Assembly (NCBI GenBank): GCA_051530055.1
Contig: CM121341.1
Location: forward strand, 3,276,151 to 3,340,150
From: Neoechinorhynchus agilis
Taxonomy: Eukaryota; Animalia; Acanthocephala
Direction: 5' to 3'
Length of the DNA stretch: 64,000 nucleotides
The position numbers were made by a program, and so were the translations under genes. The notes under the pieces are model-generated. The model was given only the letters and a program-made list of their open reading frames with translations. It ran no database searches and was not told where the DNA came from. Shown piece after piece: positions 1-12,144 of the stretch (the stretch's first letter is position 1; each line of letters begins with the position of its first letter).

Positions 1-499
1 ACACGGTGATCAATGAGCTCATTTAAATGCTACTAACTTTTTCGTGCTAGTTTTTGTGATCGTCTATTCCAGTCCTACCAAAAAGATGGTTGCAAAATTT
101 AGACCAAAATGGAGTCCTAAATCTTGGTATAATTTTTCTTTATTAAAGGATCTAAATTGCACGTTGTGATGCTCCTCTTCGGAGCACCTTTATTTTACGC
201 GCTGTTTATGGATAAAAATTGCGCTGCGATATCCAAGAATAGTTGGTCACCATGATTTCGGATTCATCGACCGTTTTCAAGAGAATTTTCTCATAAGAAT
301 TGGCAAGGTATACTTTGGAGAATACACGCATTCGGAATGAACTTCGATATTTTAAAGAGATTATTGAAATCGACTATGCCATTATGGCATTAAACAAGTA
401 TTCTCTAATAAGTTTCATACAATGGTAGCGCTTATACATCTTAATGAAAAGGAATTATAAAAATGGTCAAAGAAATTGACATTACAGTTGACTACTTCC

Positions 500-860
500 C
501 TCTTATGATCATCTTCCTCGCGATTGTGAAGATAAGATTCGAGCCAGCGGATATGCCACAAGTTGAGACCAAAATCGGAGAAGGGCCGGAGAAGGAGTGA
601 ATGGTCCACGGAGTCGAAAGCGTTCGATAAATCAAGTTGAATGAGACGGGTTAAACGGGAGGGATTACTGTCGAGGTTACTTAAGAGCGTGTCATAAATG
701 TAAAGTACAGCGCCGGTTGTAGAAAATTTGGGCCAGAAGCCAAATTGTAGGGGCGATAACTTTTCCTGGAGTGAAAAAAGGCGAGATTTAAAACACTTTT
801 CGATGATTTTTGAATGGATATTTGACGGAATAAACTTTTGGTTAACATAGACCCGGTCAT
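500..860 (-). mobile_element. CR1/L2-group LINE reverse transcriptase fragment
   Basis: ORF 415-921 contains QFGF..KFSTTGAVLYIYDTLLSNLD...RLIQLDLSNAFDSVDHSLLL (RT domains 2-3); same family as 11620-11900. The N-terminus of this ORF reads through an unrelated Penelope-like end, so the ORF is chimeric. Confidence 0.85.
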
Positions 861-883
861 AACCTATTTGATTTTGATTTATT

Positions 884-920
884 TGAGATATTTCGCGAGG
901 TAACCTCGCCTCATCAGTCA
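884..920 (-). ncRNA. Minimal type I hammerhead ribozyme motif, family A
   Basis: Minus strand UGA-CUGAUGA-G-GCGAGG-UUA-CCUCGC-GAA-AUAU-C-UCA: complete core, 6-bp stem II, palindromic helix III, AUC cleavage triplet, 3-bp stem I. Lies just 3' of a GIY-YIG remnant. Confidence 0.75.
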
Positions 921-929
921 TCTAAAAAT

Positions 930-1440
930 ATGTTTTTCATCTTAAGTTTTTAAGCTCGAGTGCGCGGTATCGCCTAACCCGAAGGTCGGGGACCAATTAT
1001 TCGCTCGGCTATACTGCGTTTTTCCATGATTTTAGTATTGATTTTTAACACGTCGCTGGTTAGAAGTTTCAAGCTAAAATTAGCTTTATTTCCTTCCATT
1101 GTGTTGGACACAGCGATGTGTAAGGCCTCCAAAACAAGCCGCCTTTTTAGGTTTTGCTCTATTTCTATAAAGTGCCACCAAAATCCACTCGATGCTTACA
1201 TGCCTCTCGACGATTAGAGATTGCTGACGAATGCTCAAATCGACTGCAGACTTGCTATTGTTGAGTGACCCTCTTCTCGATGCCTTGTATCGTTTGTCCG
1301 ATATAGACTTTCTCACACTGATCACAGTGAATTCAATAGATCTCATGGGTCGGCTCAGTTTTACCCTTCCTCTTGGATGTGCATCTGAGAGCGATTCCTT
1401 TAGTACTGTATAGACGAATTCCAACCTTCTTATTCATAAT
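930..1440 (-). mobile_element. Decayed Penelope-like element GIY-YIG endonuclease
   Basis: Frameshifted IY.IHCDQCEKVYIGQT...EKRV and LEALHIAVSNT motifs; the second copy translates as IYRIHCDQCEKVYIGQTIQGIEKRVAQQ (ORF 17522-17719). Confidence 0.8.
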
Positions 1441-1682
1441 GGAGTAAATCATTTGATTCGTGTCATCATCAATGAAGTGCGCTTCCCCGGTCTATAATCC
1501 TTTTGGGATATCCCCTCATTTTCAGCTCCTTTACTATAATCTCCCTTTCCCAGCCGAGATTTTATGGGTCATCGGTTGGTAACTTGATCAGTGTGGTGGT
1601 CCTCATGGTAGATTCGTCTTGCGATAAAGTCCTAATTTTGCCTTGTGCAGGACGCTTGACAGGGACGTCCAGGAACGAGACC

Positions 1683-1880
1683 TCAAAGAGCTTCCATTTC
1701 GCACTGAATAGCTTCCGCTGATATATCATTAACTGTGCTCATCGCTTCAATTAATGAGTTCTTTAGAGTTTCAGTAACTCGTTTAAAGCATTTCTTTAGT
1801 GCGACATCAATAAGAGTAGAATACTTGGCTGATTCTCGTTCACTGTTCGTTGATTTGTTAAGGGAGTAGATGTTGAGCAT
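1683..1880 (-). mobile_element. Fragment of putative LINE ORF1 (same family as 42947-43252)
   Basis: ERESAKYSTLIDVALKKCFKRVTETLKNSLIEAMST matches ERESDKYSALIDVALKKCFERVTEILKDSLIEVMST at the 5' end of the large CR1/L2 element. Confidence 0.6.
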
Positions 1881-3431
1881 CTTAGTTTAGCGAATATTTT
1901 TGCAGAATAGCACGTTTTTTATCGTTTGTAAAAACCCTATTAAACATCGTAAATTTTTCACTTGAGTTTTTGTTAGTAGGGAAAATCTATAAAAATTTGA
2001 GTTTGCAAGAATCACTATGCAAAAAACCTAAACTCCATGTCTCATGACTACGATGGATTTCACAGGGAATAGGATGTATTCTTTGGTTTATTTAGAATTA
2101 GTTTTGTCACCAATTTTAGTCCGGATGGATCACGCCAAGTGGACACATCCACAAGCGTATTTAAAAATTCAAAACGCATGTCGTGCGCTGTTTATGGATA
2201 AAAATTGCGATGTCCGAGAATAGTTGATCTCCATCCTTTGCTGAAGTCTCGTGGTTGAGCCTAGCACAGTTGAGCGACAGATGATTGAGTCTTAGAAGGT
2301 TAGATTTCGTTCTCCCTTCCTTTGTAGATGTAAAAAGTCGGGTGAGTGTACCACGACTTCGAGTTCATCGACCTTTTTTTCTAAAGATCAATCAGCTTGT
2401 TTTTCTTAAGACGTCCCACTCCAAAGGAGAATTTTCTCGTAAGAGCGAAAGATGCAGTGCAGAGAGATCTCGACCCACATTAAAATGTTTTATTCCTTCC
2501 AATCATTCTTATGTGACAATGGCGAATTTAAAATGAATAGAGCATCCTCTAAGAAAAACATGAGTTGCATTTTAAAATCAATTCTGATCTTAAGAAGGAT
2601 ATGGTCACCAAAAGCGAATTGAACAAAGCATAAGCTGTTAAGATCGAGCGATTAGAACAGCTTAGTTTGTGCAGTTAAAATTGTTGTTCGTAATACGATG
2701 AAAAAAGTTGTTTTTATACAATAATTTCCGTGATTAAGTTTTTTCTTTGATATTTTAATTCAGGCTCAAACAAAGCACAAAATTAAGCGGTATAATTATG
2801 AAATTAAATAGAATTTTGCGGCAGCAACAGCTAGAAACTTGTTGTTCGTTAAACGAAACTGAAGCCGCTAAAACAGCATCGTCCAGCAACAACGAAAAAG
2901 GCTATATAAATTTGATTTACAGATCGATCGCCCATTCTTGCTATGAAATAGCACCTAATTGATACTTTGTTAAATTGGTCTTGCTGATCGTAAAACAATT
3001 GATAACGATGAAATTATCGATTTGGGAAGTTGTAGTGTAAAAAAGGCTAAAAAATAATCAGCAGATATTGATTTTTTTAAATGTGAATAAGTGCACTGGC
3101 CTGACGCACTCGATAAAAATTATTATCTTCATTAATATCTATATTGTTTCGTTTTGCGATTGATCTATTATAATTATGCCGTTTGATCACATCCTGCTTG
3201 ACCGATTGGAGAAAAAGAATAAAAACTAATAATCACGTGATCGATGAATAAGCACGTAACTTAGTCTCGATCACGTTCCAAGTTTATGGCTTATAAGTAC
3301 GGACCGACGCAAATATATCAGGTAAAAGTGTCCAATAGGTCGAGAATTGGTTAGATTGTCTAATGCGTTTACATTACTTTGTTTCCGTAAATTTAAACAA
3401 ACAGAAAAGCATTTCAGATCTTTTGCGAAAG

Positions 3432-6248
3432 ATGGAAATAAAGAATGTACCGCATTTCGAAATTTTGGCATATGAACCAGGTTCATTGTGTGTTGAAGAA
3501 TGTAAAAAGAACGTTAAAGCTAATCCTTTATCTTATGATGCACTGATCAGTCTTGCTTATACTTATGCTGCGCAGCGAAGTTATCCTGAATCAATTGAAA
3601 CTTACATTACAGCAATGGAAATCGATCCAACGAGGTTTGATGCGCCAATGTTGCTCGGGAATTTGTACAAAGGTCTGGGCGAGTTAGAAAAGGCCAGGAA
3701 ATGCTTTAAGAAAATTGTAAAAATCGATAGCTCGTACGCACCTGCATGGAATAATATAGGATGCATTTTACAACTGCAAGGAAAAATAGATAAAAGTATT
3801 TGTAATTTCGAAGAAGCCTCAAAACAAAATCCTCAAAGTGTAAAAGCATTCCTTAACCTTGGAAAAGCTTTAAAAATTAAAGGATTATGCACAAATGCGG
3901 AAATAGCATACAGAAATGCGCTCAAAATTGAACCACTGAATGAAGATGCAATCATCAGTATAGCTGCCTCAGAATTCAAACTGGTAAAAATGAAACAAAT
4001 AGTAGAAACGTGTTCACGAAGTTTAAAGTCAAATACTTGGAATATATTATATTCACTTGGCCAGGAATTACTACAATTGGGTGAAAATGACCAAGCGGAG
4101 GTATGCTTTTTTGCGGCATCAAACGAAGATCCAACGGATCCCCTTTCACTCATTGAACTCGGTTATAGAAAAAGCGAAATAGGACTAACTGAAGAAGCAA
4201 AGGCACTATACCGACGAGCTCTAACTGTCAGTCCAAATAGTGGTCTACCGCATGGCTATATTGCAGAATTATTGCTGATGCAAAGAAATGGACATGCAAA
4301 GGAGATCCTAAAGCATTGCAGGAGGTTTGTCAATTTAGAACCAAATTCGTCCATAGCACATTTCATCCACGGACAAGCTCTCGAGATACTTAAGAATGAT
4401 TTTCATGGAGCAATAGATTGCTATAAGCGAGCCATTGAAAACGATAAGACATGCTTCGAAGCTTATCTTCACATGGCGGATATATTGGTTTATGAGGACC
4501 GTGTTAGCGATGCCGTGGACGTCCTTAAGAAATTACTAAGTGTTCGAGGGAAGGTCGTGAAGGTGATTTGTAATTGTGCATCGCTTCTTCGATCAAATTG
4601 CGATTGGAAAGATTTCCACGAAATGGAAAAAGTGCTTAAGAAGATTGCGCGAAAACAACTTGGTAAAGACGGGATACCAGCTCCTGGCAGAAAGATTGCT
4701 GAAGATTTTCCAGTGCAACCAAAACATTCACTCATGTACTCATTTGAACGATGGGAACGAAAGGAGATCGCAGCAGAACATGCGAGAACGTGTTTATTGC
4801 GTTTGTATCATGCTGGTAATCCTCAGTTTGAACACTGCCCACAAGCTCGGCAAGCGAGAAAGGATAAATATATTAGGATTGGCTATATCTCGACCAATTT
4901 TCGAAACCATGCTGCAACCCATTTAATGCAAAGTATCCCAATGATGCATAATCGAAACCGCTTTAAAATATATTGCTATGCCTTGAATTCAAGCGATGGT
5001 TCCACGTTTAGATCTATGATCGAAACCGAAGCTGATCATTTCTACGATTTTTCAAAGGAAAAAATTGCCGACGCTGCCGAAGTCATTCACTCCAATAAAA
5101 TAGATATCCTCGTCGACATGAATGGCCATAAAACTGGATCGAAAATTCAGATATTAGCGATGCGTCCTGCTCCAATACAAGTACTGTGGCTCGGATATCC
5201 AAACACAAGTGGAGCATCGTTTATGGACTATTTTATCACCGACGCAGTTGCCAGTCCTCTCAAATATGCGGATCAATTCAGCGAAAAGATGGCATATATG
5301 CCGAATTCCTTTTTTATCGGGGATCACAAACAAATGTTTCCCCATCTTGAAGAAAAACTTGTAATGAAAATAACGGGACTGGATAAACAGAGTGCTCAAA
5401 AAGCTTCTCCGACGGACACCAACTTTATAATTAATATACCACCGCCAGTTGTGACTCTTAAGGATTACATATTGCCAGGGGAGGTACATTATTCGCCATT
5501 TGATACGATTAACGTGGTCATTGGATCAGATATGGTTCCGGTTCAAGTTAAATATACTCCGCAGCAAGGCCAGGAGGCCTCCGGCCAAAAGGTTCCCTCT
5601 TTTCCTCTTCTAACGCAGCGATCGACTTATGGTATTCCAGACGATGCATTCGTATTCTGTAATTTCAATCAATGTTACAAATTTGATATGGAAACGATGG
5701 AGGCATGGAGCCGTATTCTTAAATCCGTCTCCAATAGTGTCTTATGGTTACAACGGAGAAGTAAATGTGCCAAAGAAAACATCATCAAGTTCTTTACTGA
5801 ACGCAGCATCGATAAAAATCGCTTAATATTCACTGGTTTTCTACCAAAAGAGATTCACGTTAGGCGAGGACAACTCGCAGACCTGTGTCTCGATTCCCCA
5901 AGTTTCAACGGACACACAACTGGGATGGACATTTTATGGGCTGGAACACCAATCATAACTTTTCCTATGGATACTTTAGCAAGTAGAGTAGCTGCGTCCC
6001 AGCTTACAGCACTCGGTTGCATAGAGCTCATAGCCAATTCGCTTGATGAATACGAGAAAATCGCAATCAGACTAGCTACGAACCAAGAGGAATTTGCATA
6101 CATTCGTCAGAAAGTCTTAAAAGCTCGACTAACTTCAACCTTGTTCGATGTACGCACATATACTCAAAATCTCGAGAAACTTTACGAGCGAATGTACCAA
6201 AGATTCGTAAATCAATCAAAACTGGACCATATACTAACCGTCGATTAA
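3432..6248 (+). CDS. OGT: O-GlcNAc transferase (TPR repeats plus GT41 catalytic lobes), intronless
   Basis: TPR-rich N-terminus; RIGYISTNFRNHAATHLMQS, DILVDMNGH, RPAPIQVLWLGYPNTSGASFMDY, FCNFNQCYK, DLCLDSPSFNGHTTGMDILWAGTP, TLASRVAASQL. First in-frame ATG is at 3432; the ORF track starts upstream at 3363. Confidence 0.96.
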   Translation: MEIKNVPHFEILAYEPGSLCVEECKKNVKANPLSYDALISLAYTYAAQRSYPESIETYITAMEIDPTRFDAPMLLGNLYKGLGELEKARKCFKKIVKIDSSYAPAWNNIGCILQLQGKIDKSICNFEEASKQNPQSVKAFLNLGKALKIKGLCTNAEIAYRNALKIEPLNEDAIISIAASEFKLVKMKQIVETCSRSLKSNTWNILYSLGQELLQLGENDQAEVCFFAASNEDPTDPLSLIELGYRKSEIGLTEEAKALYRRALTVSPNSGLPHGYIAELLLMQRNGHAKEILKHCRRFVNLEPNSSIAHFIHGQALEILKNDFHGAIDCYKRAIENDKTCFEAYLHMADILVYEDRVSDAVDVLKKLLSVRGKVVKVICNCASLLRSNCDWKDFHEMEKVLKKIARKQLGKDGIPAPGRKIAEDFPVQPKHSLMYSFERWERKEIAAEHARTCLLRLYHAGNPQFEHCPQARQARKDKYIRIGYISTNFRNHAATHLMQSIPMMHNRNRFKIYCYALNSSDGSTFRSMIETEADHFYDFSKEKIADAAEVIHSNKIDILVDMNGHKTGSKIQILAMRPAPIQVLWLGYPNTSGASFMDYFITDAVASPLKYADQFSEKMAYMPNSFFIGDHKQMFPHLEEKLVMKITGLDKQSAQKASPTDTNFIINIPPPVVTLKDYILPGEVHYSPFDTINVVIGSDMVPVQVKYTPQQGQEASGQKVPSFPLLTQRSTYGIPDDAFVFCNFNQCYKFDMETMEAWSRILKSVSNSVLWLQRRSKCAKENIIKFFTERSIDKNRLIFTGFLPKEIHVRRGQLADLCLDSPSFNGHTTGMDILWAGTPIITFPMDTLASRVAASQLTALGCIELIANSLDEYEKIAIRLATNQEEFAYIRQKVLKARLTSTLFDVRTYTQNLEKLYERMYQRFVNQSKLDHILTVD

Positions 6249-6419
6249 AGCGGCTGGAATGTAAAATGAGTTTGCACTAGTAAAATACCAAAATAATAAA
6301 TATTTGTTGGTATGTTTAAAGATGGAATTATTCATGGTTGTTTCTAGTGGGAAATTGAAGGAAGCTTATAAAATCCGATATTTCATCACAATCTTGTGTC
6401 TTTATTAAGGGATAATTGA

Positions 6420-6790
6420 ATTCAAAGTGTACTTAGATTAAATTTAAAGTCTGCCTTACTTCCCAGTCTACTGTTTCAACCTCGTTATAGAGAATATGGC
6501 CTCAATTTTAACGCGATCCCATTTGAATTCACTTAACGCCGAAAATAGTGGCATTGTCGATTTCCATAAAGTGGTCGTTTCGCTAAAAAATTGTTGAATA
6601 TTCCGGAAGTAGCATTCGGTACCTCTTTTTAGAGCATATTTTTGTTCTTTGGTTCTTCTTTCCAAATTGTTTGTTTGGCAAACATAAGATTTGGTGCATT
6701 CGGTGCAGAGAATTCTGTACACCATATATTTGCCCCTTTCTTCATCTCATTTCTTCACCATTAGACTAAGCTATTTAGCTTTCCTCGCTT
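6420..6790 (-). mobile_element. Penelope-like GIY-YIG endonuclease remnant
   Basis: ORF 6468-6725: VYRILCTECTKSYVCQTNNLERRTKEQ ... RVKIEAIF. Confidence 0.75.
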
Positions 6791-7164
6791 AGATACAACT
6801 ACAATCTAGGCCTTTGGACACGGATCATTTAATCAGATTGTTAATTGTAGTAAATAACTTTTCGCCGACGAATGGTGGACTTACGAAGGGATAAAGGCAC
6901 AAAATTGTGCCGAAATATCGGATTTGATAAAATTCCTTCAACTTTTCCACCATTAAAACAAATAATTATTAGTATACTCTTGCGCGGAAAATAAAAATTG
7001 GATCACGGAGGTCCTCATGTATTGCATCAATGATTTAAAATGATTTGAAATTGCTACGGAATATCATGCATGATAATTCCACATAATCGAAGGACACAAA
7101 ATCAAAACAACCTTTTTGATCAAATCAGTCTATCTTAGTCACATCTCCGAGCGACTACAAATGT

Positions 7165-8295
7165 TTAGAAGCACTTTCTGTGGACAATCGAAGGTCCGCT
7201 TTCGTCGTATTCCTCCTTTGAAATCCACATTGATTGGAACGTTGACAATGAAGCAAGAATAGATCCACCGATCCATACAGAGTATTTACGTTCAGGTGGG
7301 GCGATAATCTTAATTTTGATTGTGCTTGGCGCAAGAGCAGTCATTTCCTTTTGCATTCGATCAGCAATACCCGGGTACATGCTACTACCTCCCGAAAGGA
7401 CGGTATTAGCATAAAGATCTTTGCGGATATCAATATCACATCGCATTATTGAGTTAAAAGTAGTTTCATGAACTCCAAGGATTTCCATTCCTACAAACGA
7501 AGGTTGGAACAATGCTTCAGGACAACGGAATCTCTCGTTTCCAATGCTGATCACTTGACCATCAGGAAGTTCGTAACTCTTTTCAATCGAGGACGAACTT
7601 GCGGCAATAGCCAATTCTTGTTCAAAATCCAGCGCCACATAACACAGTTTCTCCTTGATATCTCTCACGATTTCCCGTTCTGCCGATGAGACAAAGGCAT
7701 AACCGTGTTCCATCATGATTTTCATCATGTATTCGGTCAATTCCCGTCCAGCGACGTCCAGACGGAGAATGGCATGAGGAAGGGCGTATCCTTCGTAGAT
7801 GGGAACTGTATGAGTTACACCGTCCCCAGAGTCCAGAACAACTCCGGTTGTTCGCCCTGAGGCGTATAAAGAAAGGACGGCCTGAATGGCCACGTACATG
7901 GCCGGTGAATTGAAAGTCTCGAACATGATTTGAGTCATCTTTTCTCTGTTCACTTTTGGGTTCAATGGAGACTCAGTCTGAAGAGTAGGATGCTCTTCTG
8001 GAGCAACTCGGAGTTCATTGTAAAAAGTATGATGCCATACTTTCTCCATATCATCCCAGTTTGTAATGATGCCATGCTCAACTGGATACTTTAGCGTCAA
8101 TATTCCTCTCTTGCTCTGAGCTTCATCTCCAACATAAGAGTCCTTTTGTCCCATTCCGACCATCACTGCCTGGTATTTGGGCCGTCCAACGATTGACGGA
8201 AACACGACACGAGGAGCATCGTCCCCGGCGAATCCGGCCTTGCACATACCCGATCCATTGTCAATCACGACTGCTGCGACCTCGTCTTCTGCCAT
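7165..8295 (-). CDS. ACT: Actin (divergent paralogue), intronless
   Basis: 376 aa with [45 protein letters not shown] and the C-terminal IVHRKCF. Confidence 0.98.
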   Translation of the reverse strand: MAEDEVAAVVIDNGSGMCKAGFAGDDAPRVVFPSIVGRPKYQAVMVGMGQKDSYVGDEAQSKRGILTLKYPVEHGIITNWDDMEKVWHHTFYNELRVAPEEHPTLQTESPLNPKVNREKMTQIMFETFNSPAMYVAIQAVLSLYASGRTTGVVLDSGDGVTHTVPIYEGYALPHAILRLDVAGRELTEYMMKIMMEHGYAFVSSAEREIVRDIKEKLCYVALDFEQELAIAASSSSIEKSYELPDGQVISIGNERFRCPEALFQPSFVGMEILGVHETTFNSIMRCDIDIRKDLYANTVLSGGSSMYPGIADRMQKEMTALAPSTIKIKIIAPPERKYSVWIGGSILASLSTFQSMWISKEEYDESGPSIVHRKCF

Positions 8296-8904
8296 TGAAT
8301 CAAAACGCTTCGGTGTGGATTGGAAACATCGGTTGCTTTTATATGGCTTTTGTGCATAATTAATGGCAACTCACATGAAGAAGATTTTTCCTTATAAGGA
8401 AATCCGAGTTTCTCCGCCTCCACACAGAGGAAAGATTTTCTATCCTTACCCCTTTTTCGCATTTTTTGCGCCTGGGCTACGGGGAATTTGACTCGCGTAT
8501 ATCGAAATCTATTTTATGAACACGAAAACTCGAAGAAATAAGGTAGTCAATAAACGATTTGTGGACTTTAAAGATTTAGAAACCTGAAAATGCCGATAGG
8601 CGCATTTCCAAGTTGGATTGCAAAAAACGCAAAGCATTCAACAGACGATATAAAAATGAGGAAAAGATGCTAATTTTTTTTGATCGCATCTTCGTTAAAT
8701 CGAATATCGTGATTTTATCTGATTACAAAATAAAATCTATAATCAGGTATTACTCTCTAAACCCTTGAAAAGTTTATAGTAGAACAATAAACGTACCGTA
8801 CAATTTATTTTCCTTTTAATTTGGAAATATGATTTTTTAGAAGAAATAAAATATATTTCTTTAAAAGTAATTTTGTTCTATTTTTACATTACATTAGGCC
8901 CATT

Positions 8905-9400
8905 ACATGTCATTTGGATGCTGGCTGCGGTCCCACGCTGGACCGCCAGACTCAAGTTTTGTCTCAAGAAAGTGATTGACTGCAGCTCTTTCGTCACACT
9001 CGCGATACGTCGCCCAGTTCAATCACGAATTCCGTTGCGGCCTTTCCAAATGCCCCGTAAGTCTCTACTCCGAAAGGCAGGAACAAAAACTGAGAGGCTA
9101 ATTCATGATACTTCACGGTCTTACGTTCCTCCGCTCTCGTTGCCGCGGCTCCTGCGCCTAATTTAGCGGTCGTTATATTGCTGTTTGCCAGCGCATCGAC
9201 GCATGCTGCGTTCCATATAAGGCATCCGCCACGTGACCAGGGAAAGACCGTTACCCCGTCAGGACGTTTCCCGTCTGAGAGGTAGAGATTATTTGGCTCC
9301 AGGATGCAGGGCACCTGAATCTATCCAAGCGCTGGACTTATGATGGCATTGATTTCAGCATGACGGGGAAAACGTCCTGCGGACCGCTTATCCATAAAAT
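8905..9400 (-). mobile_element. CRE-like non-LTR retrotransposon 3' fragment (restriction-like endonuclease)
   Basis: ILEPNNL..DGKRPDGVTVFPWSRGGCLIWNAACVD...AEERKTVKY...PFGVETYGAFG. Confidence 0.85.
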
Positions 9401-10029
9401 TAATATCATAAACCGTTAATTTGAGCCCGTTGCCGAGTAAAAAGTACACTTGTTTTTATCTAATAGTAAATAGACAATCGCGTAAATAAGTTTAATAAAA
9501 AATCTATCTCCGTTTCTAGTATGGCAAGAGCCTGAGTAAAGTTTTTTAGAAGCAGAGCTTTAATTTCCCTCAGTTAATATTGACACCTCCTTGTTTTATT
9601 TTTTCAAATAGCGTTGCTTAAGAAATAAATCCGCTTGATTCGAGTGATATTTTCGATTATTCTTCAATAGCGATTATGTATTTTTATATTGTTGGGTTCG
9701 TGTTAAGCTTAGTAGTAGAGTTGCGTTTCCAAACTATGGGTAGATAATGTCGATCACCGATTTACTGCTATCAATCAAAATAAGGCGAAATTTCGTGGAC
9801 GCAAAACCCAATATCAATGAGATGCCACAAGAATCGCGATTCGAAACCATCTTTGTCTTATTTCCAAGATATCGGATTACGAATCTTGCGATATTAATTA
9901 TAGAAATTTGCTGGAAGCGTATGAACGAATTCCAGATGAATCAAGACGAATAATTTTCAGAACCTTACCCACGGAAGTTGCATTTTGGTTCTAATGTTTA
10001 AGCAGAGATTGCCAATCTTCAACCGAAAC

Positions 10030-10750
10030 TTTCGGTACTGTGCTAACGAGTTGATGAATCATCTTCACAAGAGGCTCTGTTTCTCATCAAGAACATACTC
10101 TTTATTCCAAAATTGCTGTATAAGCTGTGCATAGCACCCTTTTTAGACATAAAGATAAGCTGACAAAATTAGACGAGCAGCCGATATTTCTCTGCCAGCT
10201 TATTTGGGATCGTATGAAGAAAGCCGCAAAATAGCTAAATTCGTTTTTGGCGAGAATTACACTTTGGATGAAGATTTCGTGGAGGCGCTTTATCTTTGAT
10301 GTGGAAATTTATTTAGCGAGCAGGTACCCGTCAATGGTTGCAAAGAATCAGTTTGGGACTCACCCCTCGTAGCGAGAATTCACAACTCTTTAATTTCAGA
10401 TTCTCGTGACCTGGTGAACCGAACTCGATTGGCGGCAGTCTCTACAAGAGAATCCGGTGCTTGGCTCAGCTATCCCAATCGCTTCTATGGGCACCCTTCT
10501 CTCCAACGGGACAGTAAGGATTGCAGTGTCCCTGAGACTCGGGGTACCGATGTGCGCATCGCATCGCTGCCGTTACGGAGCGACCATGGAATAACCGGGA
10601 TGCCATGGTATCGTCTGTCGGCAATCAGCCGGCAGGTACTCACGGCACGCCGAAGTAAACGCAACATCCTAGAGCCGAGCAATCATTGCCGACTCGATGG
10701 CTGTGTACCGGACGGTGTCACAGTTTTCCGTGGCGAGGGGAGGAAAAACA
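10030..10750 (+). mobile_element. CRE-like LINE fragment (RT C-terminal region to RLE), deleted
   Basis: RTRLAAVSTRESGAWL ... ILEP..CRLDG..PDGVTVF; colinear with 23330-24050 on the opposite strand. Confidence 0.85.
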
Positions 10751-10919
10751 ATCTTGCGATATTAATTATAAAAATTTGCTGTGGTGAGACAACGCAGAGA
10801 TTAGTGCTTAGTTCCAATGTTTAGCTCTTGGACTGCACGTCGCCGAAGCCGAATGGAATGAATTAATGCATTTCAGGTTACGATACCAGAATTTATTGGG
10901 CCTCATGGAAAACGGAGCG

Positions 10920-11995
10920 TAGGAATGGGGAGGTGCGAGGTCAAGGGAGTATGAAACGGATTAGGATTACGAGTGTTATGCACTTGTGAAAATAAGAATA
11001 AAATGTGCTAAAAATTGTCGTGGTAGGGTTGATAGGCGTTTTGATTGTTTGATGAAAATAGCATCAAAGCATCTGGTGAGAGGGGGAAAGTAAGCTGTGA
11101 AAATTTTGGATGCTCTTCTATGAAACATTTCAAGGCGGCAGATTTTAGATTCGGAATGGTTGCAAAAGACGGGATAACCGTAGGTGAGGGATGGTAGGAT
11201 AAAGAGGAAGAAAAATTTGGAGAGATCGGCTGAAGGGATCTTTGAATGTCGGAGGTTTTTGAGAAGGTAAATTTTAAAAGTGTTGTGCTTGAGGGAGGGA
11301 GCGATGTGCGGGAACCATTTCAAATTTGATTGAAACTGGATACCCAGAATTCTTAGGGAAGTTACTCGTATAATATCGTTTAGAAGCTCAAGGTGATTGG
11401 TACCGAAATCTTTTGAGTGTGATTTCTTTAGAGGTTAAAGAAAGGGAGAGGTGGGGTAGTGAATGGGTGATGAGGTGATATCGCCGGCGTATAAGAAGAG
11501 TTTAGAACGAGAGGAGGGAGGTTTGAGGTTCTTTAGGAAAATATTAAAGAGAAGTGGTGAAAGCACCTTGATGGACGCCTTTGGCGAGGGTCATCGAGGA
11601 GGTAGCTCGGCATTGAAAGTATTGTTGGCGATTGTGACGATAAGATTCGAGCCAACGGATCTGCCACAAGTTGAGACCAAAATCGGAGAAGGGCCGGAGA
11701 AGGAGTGAATGGTCCACGGAGTCGAAAGCGTTCGATAAATCAAGTTGAATGAGACGGGTGACTTTAGAGGGATTACTGTCGAGGTTACTTAAGAGCGTGT
11801 TATAAATGCAAAGTACAGCGTCGGTTGCGGAAAATTCAGGTCGAATGCCGAATTGTAGGGGCGATAACCTGTCGTTGAGAGGTGGAAGAAGGCGAGATTT
11901 AAAACATTTTTCGATGGTTTTTGAAAGAGCGGCGGGTAGAATGGAAATTGGACGGAATGATTCGGCAGAAATAGGATGTCCTGCTTTTAAGCATT
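10920..11995 (-). mobile_element. CR1/L2-group LINE ORF2 fragment
   Basis: HNTFKIYLLKNLRH...FILPSLTYGYPVF (ORF 10976-11323) and an RT DLSNAFDSVDH segment; purine-rich plus strand typical of this family here. Confidence 0.85.
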
Positions 11996-12144
11996 AACTC
12001 GCTATGATCTTTTCCTTCTGCGCTCATAAAGGTAACCATAAGGTAAAATTGGTTGCCGATCGATCTTTAAATAGCATAATCTCGCATTTGATTTGGAGGA
12101 GCCTATCAAAGCTTCTTTTGGGGATATTTATAGTCGCTTAAAGA

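Larger units (their letters stand above)
1..3084. repeat. Segmental duplication Z, copy 1 (partner 16264-19350); may extend beyond the window start
   Basis: Sequence from base 1 (acacggtgatcaatgagctc) recurs at 16264 and stays colinear with few substitutions and indels until about 3084/19350; the ORF track shows paired near-identical ORFs. Confidence 0.95.

Noticed and set aside
415-921. 168-aa ORF (and its twin at 16678-17184) as a gene
   Set aside because: Chimeric read-through: it starts inside the hammerhead/PLE end, crosses an L2 RT fragment and ends in unrelated DNA.
3233-3238. CACGTG E-box upstream of OGT
   Set aside because: A single hexamer is expected by chance; no supporting evidence.
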